DNA of 64,000 nt from Casimicrobiaceae bacterium (GTDB lineage: Bacteria > Pseudomonadota > Gammaproteobacteria > Burkholderiales > Casimicrobiaceae): the NCBI GenBank assembly GCA_036393115.1, contig DASVWR010000075.1, positions 11,774 to 75,773 of the forward strand. Reading direction: 5' to 3'. Position 1 is the stretch's first letter. Every line of letters starts with the position of its first letter. Below the pieces are notes generated by a model. It was not told the origin of the DNA. It ran no database searches and was given only the letters and a program-made list of their open reading frames with translations. Both the position numbers and the translations under genes were made by a program. Of the stretch, positions 38,693-47,803 are shown piece after piece.

Positions 38693-39664
38693 ATGGCATC
38701 GAGCCTCCTCGCCCTGCTCGACGACATTGCCAGCGTGCTGGACGACGTTGCGCTGCTCACCAAGACCGCGGCAGCGAAGACTTCGGCGGTCGTCGGCGAC
38801 GATCTCGCCGTCAACGCGCAGCAGGTCGCAGGCGTCGCGGCCGACCGCGAGTTGCCGGTCGTCTGGGCGGTTGCGAAGGGATCGCTCGTCAACAAGGCGA
38901 TCCTCGTTCCGGCAGCGCTCGCCGTCAGCGCGTGGATGCCGTGGGCGGTGACGCCGTTGCTGATGGCAGGCGGCCTCTTCCTCTGCTACGAAGGAGTCGA
39001 GAAGGTCGTCCATCGCGTCACGCGCGGCGGACGTGACCGCGCAGCCACGGCTGCGGCGACAGCAGCCGCCGCAACGACGCTCGACCTCGAAGCCTTCGAG
39101 CGATCGAGGATCAAGGGAGCGATCCGCACCGACTTCATCCTGTCGGCCGAGATCATCACGATCACGCTCGGCACCGTGGCTTCGGCGGCGTTCGCGACCC
39201 GGGTCACCGTGCTGATCGGCATCGCGATCGCGATGACCGCCGGCGTCTACGGGCTCGTCGCCGCGATCGTGAAGCTCGACGACGCGGGTCTCCATCTCGC
39301 ACGGACGCCCGGCGCTGGCGGCCTCGCCCGGGTGCGGCGCGCGCTCGGCACGCGCATCGTCGGGCTCGCGCCCGCGCTGATGCGAACGCTCGCGGTCGCG
39401 GGAACCGTGGCGATGCTCCTCGTCGGCGGCGGCATTCTCGCCCGCGGCATTCCAATCGTCCACGCGGTGACGTTGCAGTGGGCCGCGGCGGTGGGGACGG
39501 TCCCCGGCGTCGGCCCTGTGCTCGCGGCGCTGACGCCGCTCGCGCTCGACGTCGCGACCGGCGTCATCGCCGGTGCGGCCGTGTACTCGGCGGCGGCCCT
39601 TGCCCGCCGCGTCCGACAGGGTGCGACGCGCAGCCGGCCGGCCGGCGCAAACGGCAAGACCTGA
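38693..39664 (+). CDS. DUF808 (YedI-like) inner membrane protein
   Basis: ATG at 38693. The N-terminus MASSLLALLDDIASVLDDVALLTKTAAAKTSAVVGDDLAVNAQQV is the characteristic DUF808 N-terminus. 323 aa with several TM helices. Confidence 0.8.
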   Translation: MASSLLALLDDIASVLDDVALLTKTAAAKTSAVVGDDLAVNAQQVAGVAADRELPVVWAVAKGSLVNKAILVPAALAVSAWMPWAVTPLLMAGGLFLCYEGVEKVVHRVTRGGRDRAATAAATAAAATTLDLEAFERSRIKGAIRTDFILSAEIITITLGTVASAAFATRVTVLIGIAIAMTAGVYGLVAAIVKLDDAGLHLARTPGAGGLARVRRALGTRIVGLAPALMRTLAVAGTVAMLLVGGGILARGIPIVHAVTLQWAAAVGTVPGVGPVLAALTPLALDVATGVIAGAAVYSAAALARRVRQGATRSRPAGANGKT

Positions 39665-39668
39665 CCCC
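39654..39668. repeat. Third copy of the REP-like arm, overlapping the DUF808 stop codon
   Basis: gcaagacctgacccc at 39654-39668 is 14/15 identical to ccaagacctgacccc, the reverse complement of 38621-38635 (ggggtcaggtcttgg). Confidence 0.6.
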
Positions 39669-39751
39669 GTCGAGCTCGATCCTCGATCCTCGATTCCTGT
39701 CTCATGGGAACCCATCTATCATTCCGCCGAATGTCGTGACACGATGCCTCC

Positions 39752-40510
39752 ATGCCCACGCGCCGCAACGCCGAAGCCGGAGTCGCCGCCCTGTCCGCGC
39801 CCGACCGCGTGCTGCAACTTCTCGCCGCGGTGGCCGAGTACGGTGCGGCGGTGCCGGTCAAGCGCCTGACCGAGATGGCGAACCTGCCGGCGAGCACCGT
39901 GTACCGTCACCTCGCCGTGCTGAAGCGCTGGGGCTTCGTCGCCGAAGGGGAGCGCGAAGGGACCTACGAGCCCGGACCGGCAAGCCTTCAGCTCGGCTGG
40001 GGCGGGCAGACCTCGCAGCTCGTCAGCATCGCGCGCGACGAATTGCAGCGCCTGGTCGAGACGACGGGCGAGAGCGCGGGCCTGATGGTGACGATCAACG
40101 GCAGGCTCGTCTGCCTCGATCTCGTCGAGAGCCCGCAATCGCTGCGCTGCTCGGTGCGCAAGGGCAGCGCACTGCCGCTCACGCGCGGAGCGTCGGCGAA
40201 GGCGCAGCTCGCGTTCCTGCCGCAGCGCGAGCGCGACGCGGTGCTCGACCAGCAGTTCGAGCCCGGCGAGGCTGCGAAGCGGCGCGCGCTCGTGCGCGAG
40301 CTCGCCGCAATCCGCGAAGCGGGCTATGCGGTGAGCGAAGGCGAGGTCGACTGGGGCGTCTGGGGCGTATCGGTACCGCTGATGAACCGGCACGACCGTC
40401 TGCTCGGCGGAATTTCGCTGATGGCGCCATCGATCCGCGTCGCACGCAAGCATACGATTCTCGTCCACGCCACCGTGGCCGCCGCCGGGCGGATCTCCGG
40501 CCGATTCTGA
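39752..40510 (+). CDS. IclR-family transcriptional regulator
   Basis: 252 aa. N-terminal wHTH ALSAPDRVLQLLAAVAEYGAAVPVKRLTEMANLPASTVYRHLAVLKRWGFV, plus a C-terminal effector domain. Confidence 0.85.
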   Translation: MPTRRNAEAGVAALSAPDRVLQLLAAVAEYGAAVPVKRLTEMANLPASTVYRHLAVLKRWGFVAEGEREGTYEPGPASLQLGWGGQTSQLVSIARDELQRLVETTGESAGLMVTINGRLVCLDLVESPQSLRCSVRKGSALPLTRGASAKAQLAFLPQRERDAVLDQQFEPGEAAKRRALVRELAAIREAGYAVSEGEVDWGVWGVSVPLMNRHDRLLGGISLMAPSIRVARKHTILVHATVAAAGRISGRF

Positions 40511-40544
40511 TGCGCGCGCCGCGCGCTAGTTACTGGGGGAAACC

Positions 40545-41282
40545 GTGATGAACCGCATCCGCCGCAATTTGCTCGTACTTGCCGCCTCGACCGCGATGAT
40601 GCTCGGCGCCGCCGCCGCGCATGCGGACGACGTGCTGCGCGTCGCGACCGACGCGACCTTCCCGCCGTTTGAATACAGCGAGAACGGCAAGCGCACCGGC
40701 TTCGACATCGACCTGATCGAGGCGATCGCGAAGGAGCTGAATCGCAAGGTCGAGTGGACCGATATCGACTTCAAGGGACTGATCCCGGGCCTCGTCGCGA
40801 AGCGCTTCGACGTCGCCGCCTCCGCGATCTACATCACCGACGAGCGCAGGAAGGTGGTCGACTTCACCGACCCGTACTACCCCGGCGGGCTCGTGATCAT
40901 GACGAAGAAGGGCGATACGAGCATCAAGGGTCCCGAGGACCTCAAGGGAAAGAAGGTCACCGTTCAGGTCGGAACGAAGTCGGTCAACTACCTGAAGGAG
41001 CACTACCCTGACGTCCAGCGCGTCGAGGTGGAGAAGAACCAGGAGATGTTCCAGCTGGTCGAGATCGGTCGCGCCGACGCCGCGGTCACCGGCAAGCCCG
41101 CCGCGAAGCTCTACGCGAGGACACGCGGGACGCTGCAGGTCGTCGACAAGCAGCTCACGGTCGAAGAGTACGGCTACGCACTGCGCAAGGACGAGCCCGA
41201 GCTCACGCGCCAATTCAACGAGGCGCTGAAGAAGCTGAAGGCCGACGGCACCTACGACAAGCTGGTCGCGAAGTACCTGTAG
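40545..41282 (+). CDS. Polar amino acid ABC transporter substrate-binding protein (family 3)
   Basis: Signal peptide followed by LRVATDATFPPFEYSENGKRTGFDIDLIEAIAKEL. 245 aa. Confidence 0.88.
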   Translation: MMNRIRRNLLVLAASTAMMLGAAAAHADDVLRVATDATFPPFEYSENGKRTGFDIDLIEAIAKELNRKVEWTDIDFKGLIPGLVAKRFDVAASAIYITDERRKVVDFTDPYYPGGLVIMTKKGDTSIKGPEDLKGKKVTVQVGTKSVNYLKEHYPDVQRVEVEKNQEMFQLVEIGRADAAVTGKPAAKLYARTRGTLQVVDKQLTVEEYGYALRKDEPELTRQFNEALKKLKADGTYDKLVAKYL

Positions 41283-41303
41283 CAGACGGCTGACGAGGCG
41301 GCG

Positions 41304-41972
41304 ATGAACTTCGACTTTTCGCCGGTCTGGAACGGCTGGCGCGAGCTCGCCCATGGGACGCTCGTCACCGTCGAGGTGACGGTCGGCGCAATCATCCTCG
41401 GCTGCCTCGTCGGCCTCGTCATCGGTCTCGGGCGCCTCGAGCCGCGCCGGCGCGTCGTCTTTGGCCTGTGCTCGGCCTACCTGTCGGTCGTGCGCGGGAC
41501 GCCGCTCCTGGTCCAGCTCTTCATCTGGTTCTTCGGGCTACCGTTCTTCGGCATCGAGCTGCCGGCGTTCTTCTGCGGCGTCGTCGGGATGGGCATGTAC
41601 AGCGGCGCGTACGTGTCGGAGGTCGTGCGCGGCGCGATCCAGTCGATCGACCGCGGCCAGATGGAGGCGGCACGCTCGCTCGGCATGCCCTACCGCCTTG
41701 CGATGCGCACGATCATCATTCCGCAGGCGGTGATCCGCATGATCCCGCCGCTTGGCAACGAGTTCGTCGCGGTGATCAAGAACTCGTCGCTGGTGTCGCT
41801 CCTGACGATCGCCGACGTGATGCACGAGGGGCAGAAGATCATCAGCGTGTCGTACCGGTCGCTCGAGGTGTACCTCGCGATCGCGGTCGTCTACTTCGTG
41901 CTCACCAACGCGACCGGCCTCGCGCTGCGCTTCGCCGAGCGCCGGCTCGCCGTCGGGGGGCTCGTCCAGTGA
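41304..41972 (+). CDS. Polar amino acid ABC transporter permease
   Basis: 222 aa with His/Glu/Gln/Arg-type permease motifs [14 protein letters not shown] and [24 protein letters not shown]. Confidence 0.88.
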   Translation: MNFDFSPVWNGWRELAHGTLVTVEVTVGAIILGCLVGLVIGLGRLEPRRRVVFGLCSAYLSVVRGTPLLVQLFIWFFGLPFFGIELPAFFCGVVGMGMYSGAYVSEVVRGAIQSIDRGQMEAARSLGMPYRLAMRTIIIPQAVIRMIPPLGNEFVAVIKNSSLVSLLTIADVMHEGQKIISVSYRSLEVYLAIAVVYFVLTNATGLALRFAERRLAVGGLVQ

Positions 41973-42835
41973 GCGCCGGAACCGGAGTGGACGCAAAGGC
42001 GGTGGGCGCCGCCCAGCCGATCATCCGTGCCCGCGGGCTCACGAAATCGTTCGGCCCGCTCGCGGTGCTGAAAGGCATCGACTTCGATGTCCTGCCGTCG
42101 CAGGTCAGCGTCGTGATCGGCCCCAGCGGATCGGGCAAGAGCACGCTCCTTCGCTGCTGCAACGGCCTCGAGACCGCCGACGGAGGCACGCTCGACATCT
42201 GCGGACGAAGGCTCGCCGATCACGGCCGGCGCCTTCCGGAGAAGGAGCTCAATGCGCTGCGCATGCACGTCGGGATGGTGTTCCAGTCGTTCAATCTGTT
42301 CCCGCACCTGACCGTGCTCGGCAACGTCACCATCGCTCCGCGCCGGCTGCGCGGCATGTCGGTCGAGGCTGCGGACGCCGCCGCACGCGCCCTCCTCGAC
42401 AAAGTCGGGCTTGCCGCCAAGGCCGGCGCGTACCCGTCGACGCTCTCGGGCGGCCAGAAGCAGCGCGTTGCAATCGCGCGCGCGCTCGCGATGGAGCCGC
42501 TCGTCATGCTCTTCGACGAGCCCACGTCCGCGCTCGATCCCGAGCTCGTCGGCGAGGTGCTGCAGGTGATGAAGAACCTGGCGCGCGAAGGCATGACGAT
42601 GATGGTGGTGACGCACGAGATGGGCTTTGCGCGCGAAGTCGCCGATGTCGTATCGGTGATGGATCACGGCGTCGTGCTCGAATCCGGTTCGCCTGCGCAG
42701 ATCTTCGACGCGCCGCGGCACCCGCGCACGCGCGAATTCCTGCAGGCGGTGGTGACGCGCGGCAGCGCGCGGCGCAACGCGGCGGCCGAAGCTGCCGAGG
42801 CAGCTGTGCTGCCGCTCGCGCTCGACGACCACTGA
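41969..42835 (+). CDS. Polar amino acid ABC transporter ATP-binding protein
   Basis: The GTG at 41969 overlaps the permease stop (GTGA). Walker [39 protein letters not shown]. There is a C-terminal tail of about 35 aa beyond the usual NBD. Confidence 0.92.
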   Translation: MSAGTGVDAKAVGAAQPIIRARGLTKSFGPLAVLKGIDFDVLPSQVSVVIGPSGSGKSTLLRCCNGLETADGGTLDICGRRLADHGRRLPEKELNALRMHVGMVFQSFNLFPHLTVLGNVTIAPRRLRGMSVEAADAAARALLDKVGLAAKAGAYPSTLSGGQKQRVAIARALAMEPLVMLFDEPTSALDPELVGEVLQVMKNLAREGMTMMVVTHEMGFAREVADVVSVMDHGVVLESGSPAQIFDAPRHPRTREFLQAVVTRGSARRNAAAEAAEAAVLPLALDDH

Positions 42836-42841
42836 ACGCCG

Positions 42842-43783
42842 ATGGCCGTGTTCGAGCCCTGGCGCGGCCGCGACGATGCCGGCGACTCCGGCGACACGCG
42901 CCGCTGGCATCACGTCGTCCGGGCGCTCGACGCCGGTGCGACGAGCGGCGTCGCGCTGGTCGGTTTCGCCTGCGACGAAGGCGTGCGCAGGAACGGCGGC
43001 CGCACCGGCGCCGCGGGTGGCCCGGCGGCGCTGCGCGCGGCGCTCGCCAATCTTCCACTCGACGGCGAGCCTGCGCTGTACGACGCGGGCGACGTCGCGT
43101 GCGACGACGGTGCGCTCGAAGCCGCGCAATCGCGGCTCGGCGAGCGGGTCGCGTGTGTGCGCGAACAGCGTCTGCTGCCGCTCGTACTGGGCGGCGGCCA
43201 CGAGATGGCGTGGGGAACGTTTCAGGGGCTCGCGCCGTTGCTCGACAGCGGACGGCGACTCGCGATCGTCAACCTCGATGCCCACTTCGACCTGCGCGAG
43301 GCGCCGACGGGCAACTCCGGCACGCCGTTCCGGCAGATCCACGACTGGTGCGCGGATCGGGGCGTCGCTTTTTACTATCGCGTGCTCGGCGTCAGTCGCT
43401 ACTCGAACACCCGCGCGCTCTTCGATCGCGCCCACCGCTTCGGCGTGCGCTGGTGGCCGGACGATGCGCTGCAGGACCTCGCCGGCGCCGATGCCGCCTG
43501 CGCGGCGCTGACGGCCGATCTCGCCGCCGTCGACGGCGTGTACCTCACCGTCTGCCTCGACGTTCTTCCCGGCGAGAAGGCGCCGGGCGTGTCGGCGCCC
43601 GCTGCGCTCGGCGTTCCGCTTGCCTGCATCGAGCGCATCGTCGACGCGGTGATGGCGTGCGGGCACGTCGTCGCCGCCGACATCGCCGAGCTCAATCCAC
43701 AGGTCGACCGCGACGGACTCACCGCGCGGGTCGCCGCAAGGCTCGCGGCGAGGATCGTACGCGCATCGAAGCCCAGCCGATGA
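42842..43783 (+). CDS. hutG: Formimidoylglutamase-like ureohydrolase (arginase family)
   Basis: Arginase-fold metal motifs in the HutG flavour: LGGGHEMAWGT, NLDAHFDLRE and CLDVLPGEKAPGVSAP. 313 aa. Confidence 0.72.
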   Translation: MAVFEPWRGRDDAGDSGDTRRWHHVVRALDAGATSGVALVGFACDEGVRRNGGRTGAAGGPAALRAALANLPLDGEPALYDAGDVACDDGALEAAQSRLGERVACVREQRLLPLVLGGGHEMAWGTFQGLAPLLDSGRRLAIVNLDAHFDLREAPTGNSGTPFRQIHDWCADRGVAFYYRVLGVSRYSNTRALFDRAHRFGVRWWPDDALQDLAGADAACAALTADLAAVDGVYLTVCLDVLPGEKAPGVSAPAALGVPLACIERIVDAVMACGHVVAADIAELNPQVDRDGLTARVAARLAARIVRASKPSR

Positions 43784-43793
43784 CCCGGGCCGC

Positions 43794-44978
43794 TCAGGCC
43801 CTGACCCGGGTCGGCGAGCGTCGCGTCCACGCGAGCCACAGCGTCATCGCGGCGATCAGCGCGAGCACGGGCAGCGCTGCACGGTTCATCGCATCCCAGC
43901 CACTCGACGTGACGAGCGCACCCGATGCGAACGACGACACCCCCATCGTCGTGAACACGATGAGATCGTTGATTCCCTGCGTGCGCGCCTTCTCCTCCTG
44001 CGTGTAGGTTTCGGTGAGCAGCGTGGTGCCGCCCGTATAGAGGAAGTTCCAGCCGGCGCCGACGAGCGCCAGCGCCGCGACGAAGTGCGCGACGGTGATC
44101 CCGTGAAGCGCAATGGTAACCGCGAGCGCCATCAATGCCGCCCCGGCGACGATGACGCGCAGCACGCCGAAGCGGTGGATCAGCATGCCGGTCGCGAAGC
44201 CCGGTGCGTACATGCCGACGACGTGCCATTCGATCGTCAGCGCCGCGGCACTGAACGGATGCCCGCACAGATCCATCGCGATCGGCGTCGCGGTCATCAG
44301 GAGATTCATCAATCCGTAGCCCAGCGCGGCGGCGGCGATGGCGACGATGAACGTCGGCTGGCGCATGATCGCGCCGAGCGAGCGCCCGCCGCCGTGCTTC
44401 GCGGCGTGAACCGGCGGCGGAACCCGGATCTGCGACTGCAGCGCGAGCGCAGCCAGTGCGACGAGTGCGAGCGCCGCGAACGAGCCGAGAAAGGGAATGG
44501 ACAGCAGATGCTGCGTGAGCTTCGCGGTCTCCGGGCCGGCGAATCCCCCGACGACGCCGCCGGCCAGCACCAGCGAGATCGCCGTCGCGCGATCGGCCGG
44601 CGCCGCCACCTCCGCTGCGGCGAAGCGGTACTGGAGCCCGACCGCGTTGTAGATTCCCATGATCGCCGTCGCGACGCAGAAGAGCGCGAAGCTCGCGACG
44701 TGCAGCGCGACGATTGCGACGACGCACCCGGCGACGTTGACGAGCGCACCCGCCATGAATCCCGCACGGCGCCCGGCGCGCGCCATCCACAGCGACATCG
44801 GCAGCGCAGCGATCGCCGAGCCCAGCACGTAGGTGGTCACACCGAACGTCGCGAGCGATCGCGACGGCGCGATCGCGTAGCCGATCAACCCGTTGATCGA
44901 GATGAGCCCGGCCGAATTGACGAGAAGGAGCGCCTGGCAGCAGGCGAGAAGCAGGATGTCGCGCCGGGAGGTCTGCAC
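43794..44978 (-). CDS. MFS transporter
   Basis: GTG at 44978 (VQTSRRDILLLACCQALLLVNSAGLISINGLIGY...). 394 aa, 12-TM pattern. The longer track ORF is an Arg-rich upstream extension. Confidence 0.8.
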   Translation of the reverse strand: MQTSRRDILLLACCQALLLVNSAGLISINGLIGYAIAPSRSLATFGVTTYVLGSAIAALPMSLWMARAGRRAGFMAGALVNVAGCVVAIVALHVASFALFCVATAIMGIYNAVGLQYRFAAAEVAAPADRATAISLVLAGGVVGGFAGPETAKLTQHLLSIPFLGSFAALALVALAALALQSQIRVPPPVHAAKHGGGRSLGAIMRQPTFIVAIAAAALGYGLMNLLMTATPIAMDLCGHPFSAAALTIEWHVVGMYAPGFATGMLIHRFGVLRVIVAGAALMALAVTIALHGITVAHFVAALALVGAGWNFLYTGGTTLLTETYTQEEKARTQGINDLIVFTTMGVSSFASGALVTSSGWDAMNRAALPVLALIAAMTLWLAWTRRSPTRVRA

Positions 44979-45029
44979 GTTGTGACGCGCCGCTCTGCGG
45001 CCGCAGCGTCGGCGCCCGGCATCGCGGGC

Positions 45030-45057
45030 GGGACACCGGGACGAAAGCCCGTATGAT
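45030..45057 (+). promoter_or_regulatory. Putative sigma70 promoter of the DUF924-nadD-rsfS-rlmH-maf-rng gene string
   Basis: GGGACA (45030-35), a 16-nt spacer, then TATGAT (45052-57), 21 nt upstream of the ATG at 45079. Confidence 0.3.
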
Positions 45058-45078
45058 ATCCGCACTGCGAACCCGACC

Positions 45079-45666
45079 ATGCCGCCGTCCGCCTCCGACA
45101 CGCTCGCTCCGCTCGCCTGCGAGATCCTCGACTTCTGGTTTCCGCCGGGCACTTCGACCGAGCGGCGCGAGTGGTTCCGCAAGGATTCGGAGTTCGACCG
45201 TACGGTGCGCGAGCGCTTCGGCGTCGCACTGGCTGCGGGTCTCGCCGGAGCGTTCGGCGACTGGTGCGTCATTCCGCGCGGCTCGCTCGCGCGCACCGTG
45301 CTGCTCGACCAGTTGACGCGCAACGCCTTTCGCGACACGCCGAAGGCGTTCGCCGGCGACGGCGCCGCGCTCGCCACTGCCGAAGACGCGCTCGAGCGCG
45401 GCTTCGACCGCGAGCTCGGGCTCTTCGAGCGCTGGTTCATCTACATGCCGTTCGAGCACGCGGAGTCGCTCGCTACCCAGGATCGCTCGGTGGCGCTCTT
45501 TCGCGCGCTCGCGCACGACGGGCTTCCCGGTCCGCTCGAATGGGCACTGCGCCATCGAGCGGTGATCGAGCGCTTCGGCCGCTTCCCGCATCGCAATGCG
45601 ATTCTCGGGCGGGTGTCGACTGCCGCCGAGCTCGCGTTCCTGCGCGAGCCGGGCTCGAGCTTCTGA
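45079..45666 (+). CDS. DUF924 family protein
   Basis: 195 aa. ILDFWF...WFRKDSEFDRTVRERF...LLDQLTRNAFRDTPKAF...IERFGRFPHRNAILGR is the typical DUF924 pattern. Confidence 0.8.
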   Translation: MPPSASDTLAPLACEILDFWFPPGTSTERREWFRKDSEFDRTVRERFGVALAAGLAGAFGDWCVIPRGSLARTVLLDQLTRNAFRDTPKAFAGDGAALATAEDALERGFDRELGLFERWFIYMPFEHAESLATQDRSVALFRALAHDGLPGPLEWALRHRAVIERFGRFPHRNAILGRVSTAAELAFLREPGSSF

Positions 45667-46377
45667 ATGGAGTCTCGATCGATCGCGGAGCACACTGCCG
45701 GAGCACCGCGTCCCGAGCCGGTCGCGCTCCTCGGCGGTACGTTCGATCCGGTCCACTACGGCCACCTCGGCTTCGCATCGGAGGCGCGCGTGGCACTCGG
45801 CCTTGCCGAGGTGCGCCTCGTGCCCTCGGCAATTCCACCGCACCGCGGCGTGCCGGGAGCGAGTGCCGCAGATCGCGTCGCGATGCTCGAGCTCGCGATC
45901 CGCGAGTTTCCAGGACTTTGCATCGACACCTGCGAGATCCGACGCGGGGGAGTTAGCTACACCGTCGATACGCTCGCCGAACTGCGCGCTGCTCACCCCG
46001 ATACACCGCTGGTCCTCCTCGTCGGCGCCGATGCGTTCCGCGGGCTCGCCGGATGGCATTGCTGGCAATGCCTGTTCGCGCTCGCGCATCTTTTGGTCGC
46101 GCCGCGCCCCGGGAGCGCAACCGGAGAAGGGCTGCCGCCGGAGCTTGCGCGCGAGTGGGATTCGCGAATCGCGAGCGATCCCGCGGTGCTGCGTGCATCG
46201 CCCGCAGGCTCGATCGTCGTGCAGCCGATCACCGCGCAGCCGATCGCGGCGACCGAAATCCGCGAGGCGCTGCAGAAGCTCCCGCGCGATCCCTCGCTCG
46301 CTCGATTGCTCCCGCCTGAGGTTTTGGCCTATATTGAATCGAAACAGCTCTATCGATCCCCGACGAATGCGACTTGA
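45667..46377 (+). CDS. nadD: Nicotinate-nucleotide adenylyltransferase
   Basis: LLGGTFDPVHYGHL (the (H/T)xGH motif) and ISATEIR-like IAATEIREAL near the C-terminus. Confidence 0.9.
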   Translation: MESRSIAEHTAGAPRPEPVALLGGTFDPVHYGHLGFASEARVALGLAEVRLVPSAIPPHRGVPGASAADRVAMLELAIREFPGLCIDTCEIRRGGVSYTVDTLAELRAAHPDTPLVLLVGADAFRGLAGWHCWQCLFALAHLLVAPRPGSATGEGLPPELAREWDSRIASDPAVLRASPAGSIVVQPITAQPIAATEIREALQKLPRDPSLARLLPPEVLAYIESKQLYRSPTNAT

Positions 46378-46714
46378 CCGTCTGCAGAGGATTGCCGTCG
46401 ACGCGCTGGAAGACATCAAGGCCCGTGACATCAAGGTGCTCGATGTGCGCAAACAAACTTCGCTTTGCGACGGCATGATCATCGCGTCGGCGGACTCGGC
46501 GCGCCAGGCGAAGGCACTGGCGCAGCACGTGCGCGACCGCCTGAAGGAAGGCGGCGTGGCGATTCTCGGCGTCGAAGGCGAGGAGTCGGGCGAATGGGTT
46601 CTCGTCGATGCCGGGTCGCTCGTCGTGCACGTGATGCAGCCGGCGGTGCGCGCCTATTACAATCTCGAAGAGCTGTGGACGCCGCCGCCGCGCACGCGCC
46701 GGCGACCGGGGTGA
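46367..46714 (+). CDS. rsfS: Ribosomal silencing factor RsfS
   Basis: ATG at 46367. ALEDIKARDIKVLDVRKQTSLCDGMIIASADSARQAKALAQHV...YYNLEELW. 115 aa. Conserved position after nadD. Confidence 0.88.
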   Translation: MRLDRLQRIAVDALEDIKARDIKVLDVRKQTSLCDGMIIASADSARQAKALAQHVRDRLKEGGVAILGVEGEESGEWVLVDAGSLVVHVMQPAVRAYYNLEELWTPPPRTRRRPG

Positions 46715-47178
46715 AGCTGCGCATCGTCGCGCTTGGGCACCGGATGCCCGCCTGGGTCGACGCGGCGTTCTCCGATTACGCGAAGCGTCTCCCGCGCGAC
46801 TGGACCCTCGAGCTCGTCGAACTGAAGCCCGAGCCGCGCGACCGCGGACGCAGCGTTGCCACCATGCTGGAGGCGGAATCGAAACGCATTGCCGCAGCGA
46901 CCAGCGGGTGGACGTTGGCGGCGCTCGACGAGCGCGGCGAGGCGTGGACGACCCGGCAGCTCGCCGAGCGTCTCGGACGCTGGCGCGACGAGGGTCGCGC
47001 CGTCGCGTTCGCGATCGGCAGCGCCGACGGGCTGCACGCCGATGTCCGCGCCCGCGCGGCGACTGTCGTATCGCTGTCGGCGCTGACGTTCCCGCACGGC
47101 CTTGCCCGGGTGATCGTCGCCGAGCAGGTCTATCGTTCGGCGAGCCTTCTCGCCGGCCACCCCTATCATCGCCCCTGA
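46711..47178 (+). CDS. rlmH: 23S rRNA (pseudouridine1915-N3)-methyltransferase
   Basis: The GTG at 46711 overlaps the rsfS stop (GTGA). VKLRIVALGHRMPAWVDAAFSDYAKRL...FAIGSADGL...LSLSALTFPHGLARVIVAEQVYRS (SPOUT). 155 aa. Confidence 0.9.
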   Translation: MKLRIVALGHRMPAWVDAAFSDYAKRLPRDWTLELVELKPEPRDRGRSVATMLEAESKRIAAATSGWTLAALDERGEAWTTRQLAERLGRWRDEGRAVAFAIGSADGLHADVRARAATVVSLSALTFPHGLARVIVAEQVYRSASLLAGHPYHRP

Positions 47179-47185
47179 TCGATCC

Positions 47186-47800
47186 ATGAGCGCACCCCTC
47201 CTGTACCTTGCATCGCGCAGTCCCCGGCGCCAGGCACTGCTGCGCCAGATCGAGATCGAGTTCGAGCCGCTGCTCCTGCGCGAAGCCGCCGGGCGCGATC
47301 GCGACGTCGTCGAGGAGACGCTCGACGCCGAGCCCGCCGCGCATTACGTCGAGCGCATGGCGCGCACCAAGGCGCAGGTCGGCTGGCTGCGCGTGCAGAA
47401 CCGGAAGCTCGCCGAGCGACCGACGCTCGGCGCGGACACCGAGGTCGTGCTCGACGGCGAGATCTTCGGCAAGCCGAATGATCGCGACGATGCGGCGCGG
47501 ATGCTGAAGCGCCTCGCCGGGCGCACCCATCAGGTGCTTTCGGCCGTCGCGCTGCGCACCACAAAGGACACCGATTTCGAGCTCTCGATCTCGAAGGTGA
47601 CGCTGAAGAGGCTCGCCGCGACCGAGATCGAGCGCTACGTCGCGACCGGCGAGCCGATGGACAAGGCGGGCGGCTACGCGATCCAGGGGCTTGCGGCGGC
47701 ATTCGTCACGCGCATCGAGGGAAGCTACAGCGGTGTGGTCGGCCTGCCGCTCGCCGAGACCGCCGCGCTCCTCGCACGCGCCGGCATCGCGGTGCCGTGA
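47186..47800 (+). CDS. maf: Maf-family nucleoside triphosphate pyrophosphatase
   Basis: LYLASRSPRRQALLRQI...GADTEVVLDGEIFGKP...DKAGGYAIQG. Confidence 0.88.
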   Translation: MSAPLLYLASRSPRRQALLRQIEIEFEPLLLREAAGRDRDVVEETLDAEPAAHYVERMARTKAQVGWLRVQNRKLAERPTLGADTEVVLDGEIFGKPNDRDDAARMLKRLAGRTHQVLSAVALRTTKDTDFELSISKVTLKRLAATEIERYVATGEPMDKAGGYAIQGLAAAFVTRIEGSYSGVVGLPLAETAALLARAGIAVP

Positions 47801-47803
47801 CCG

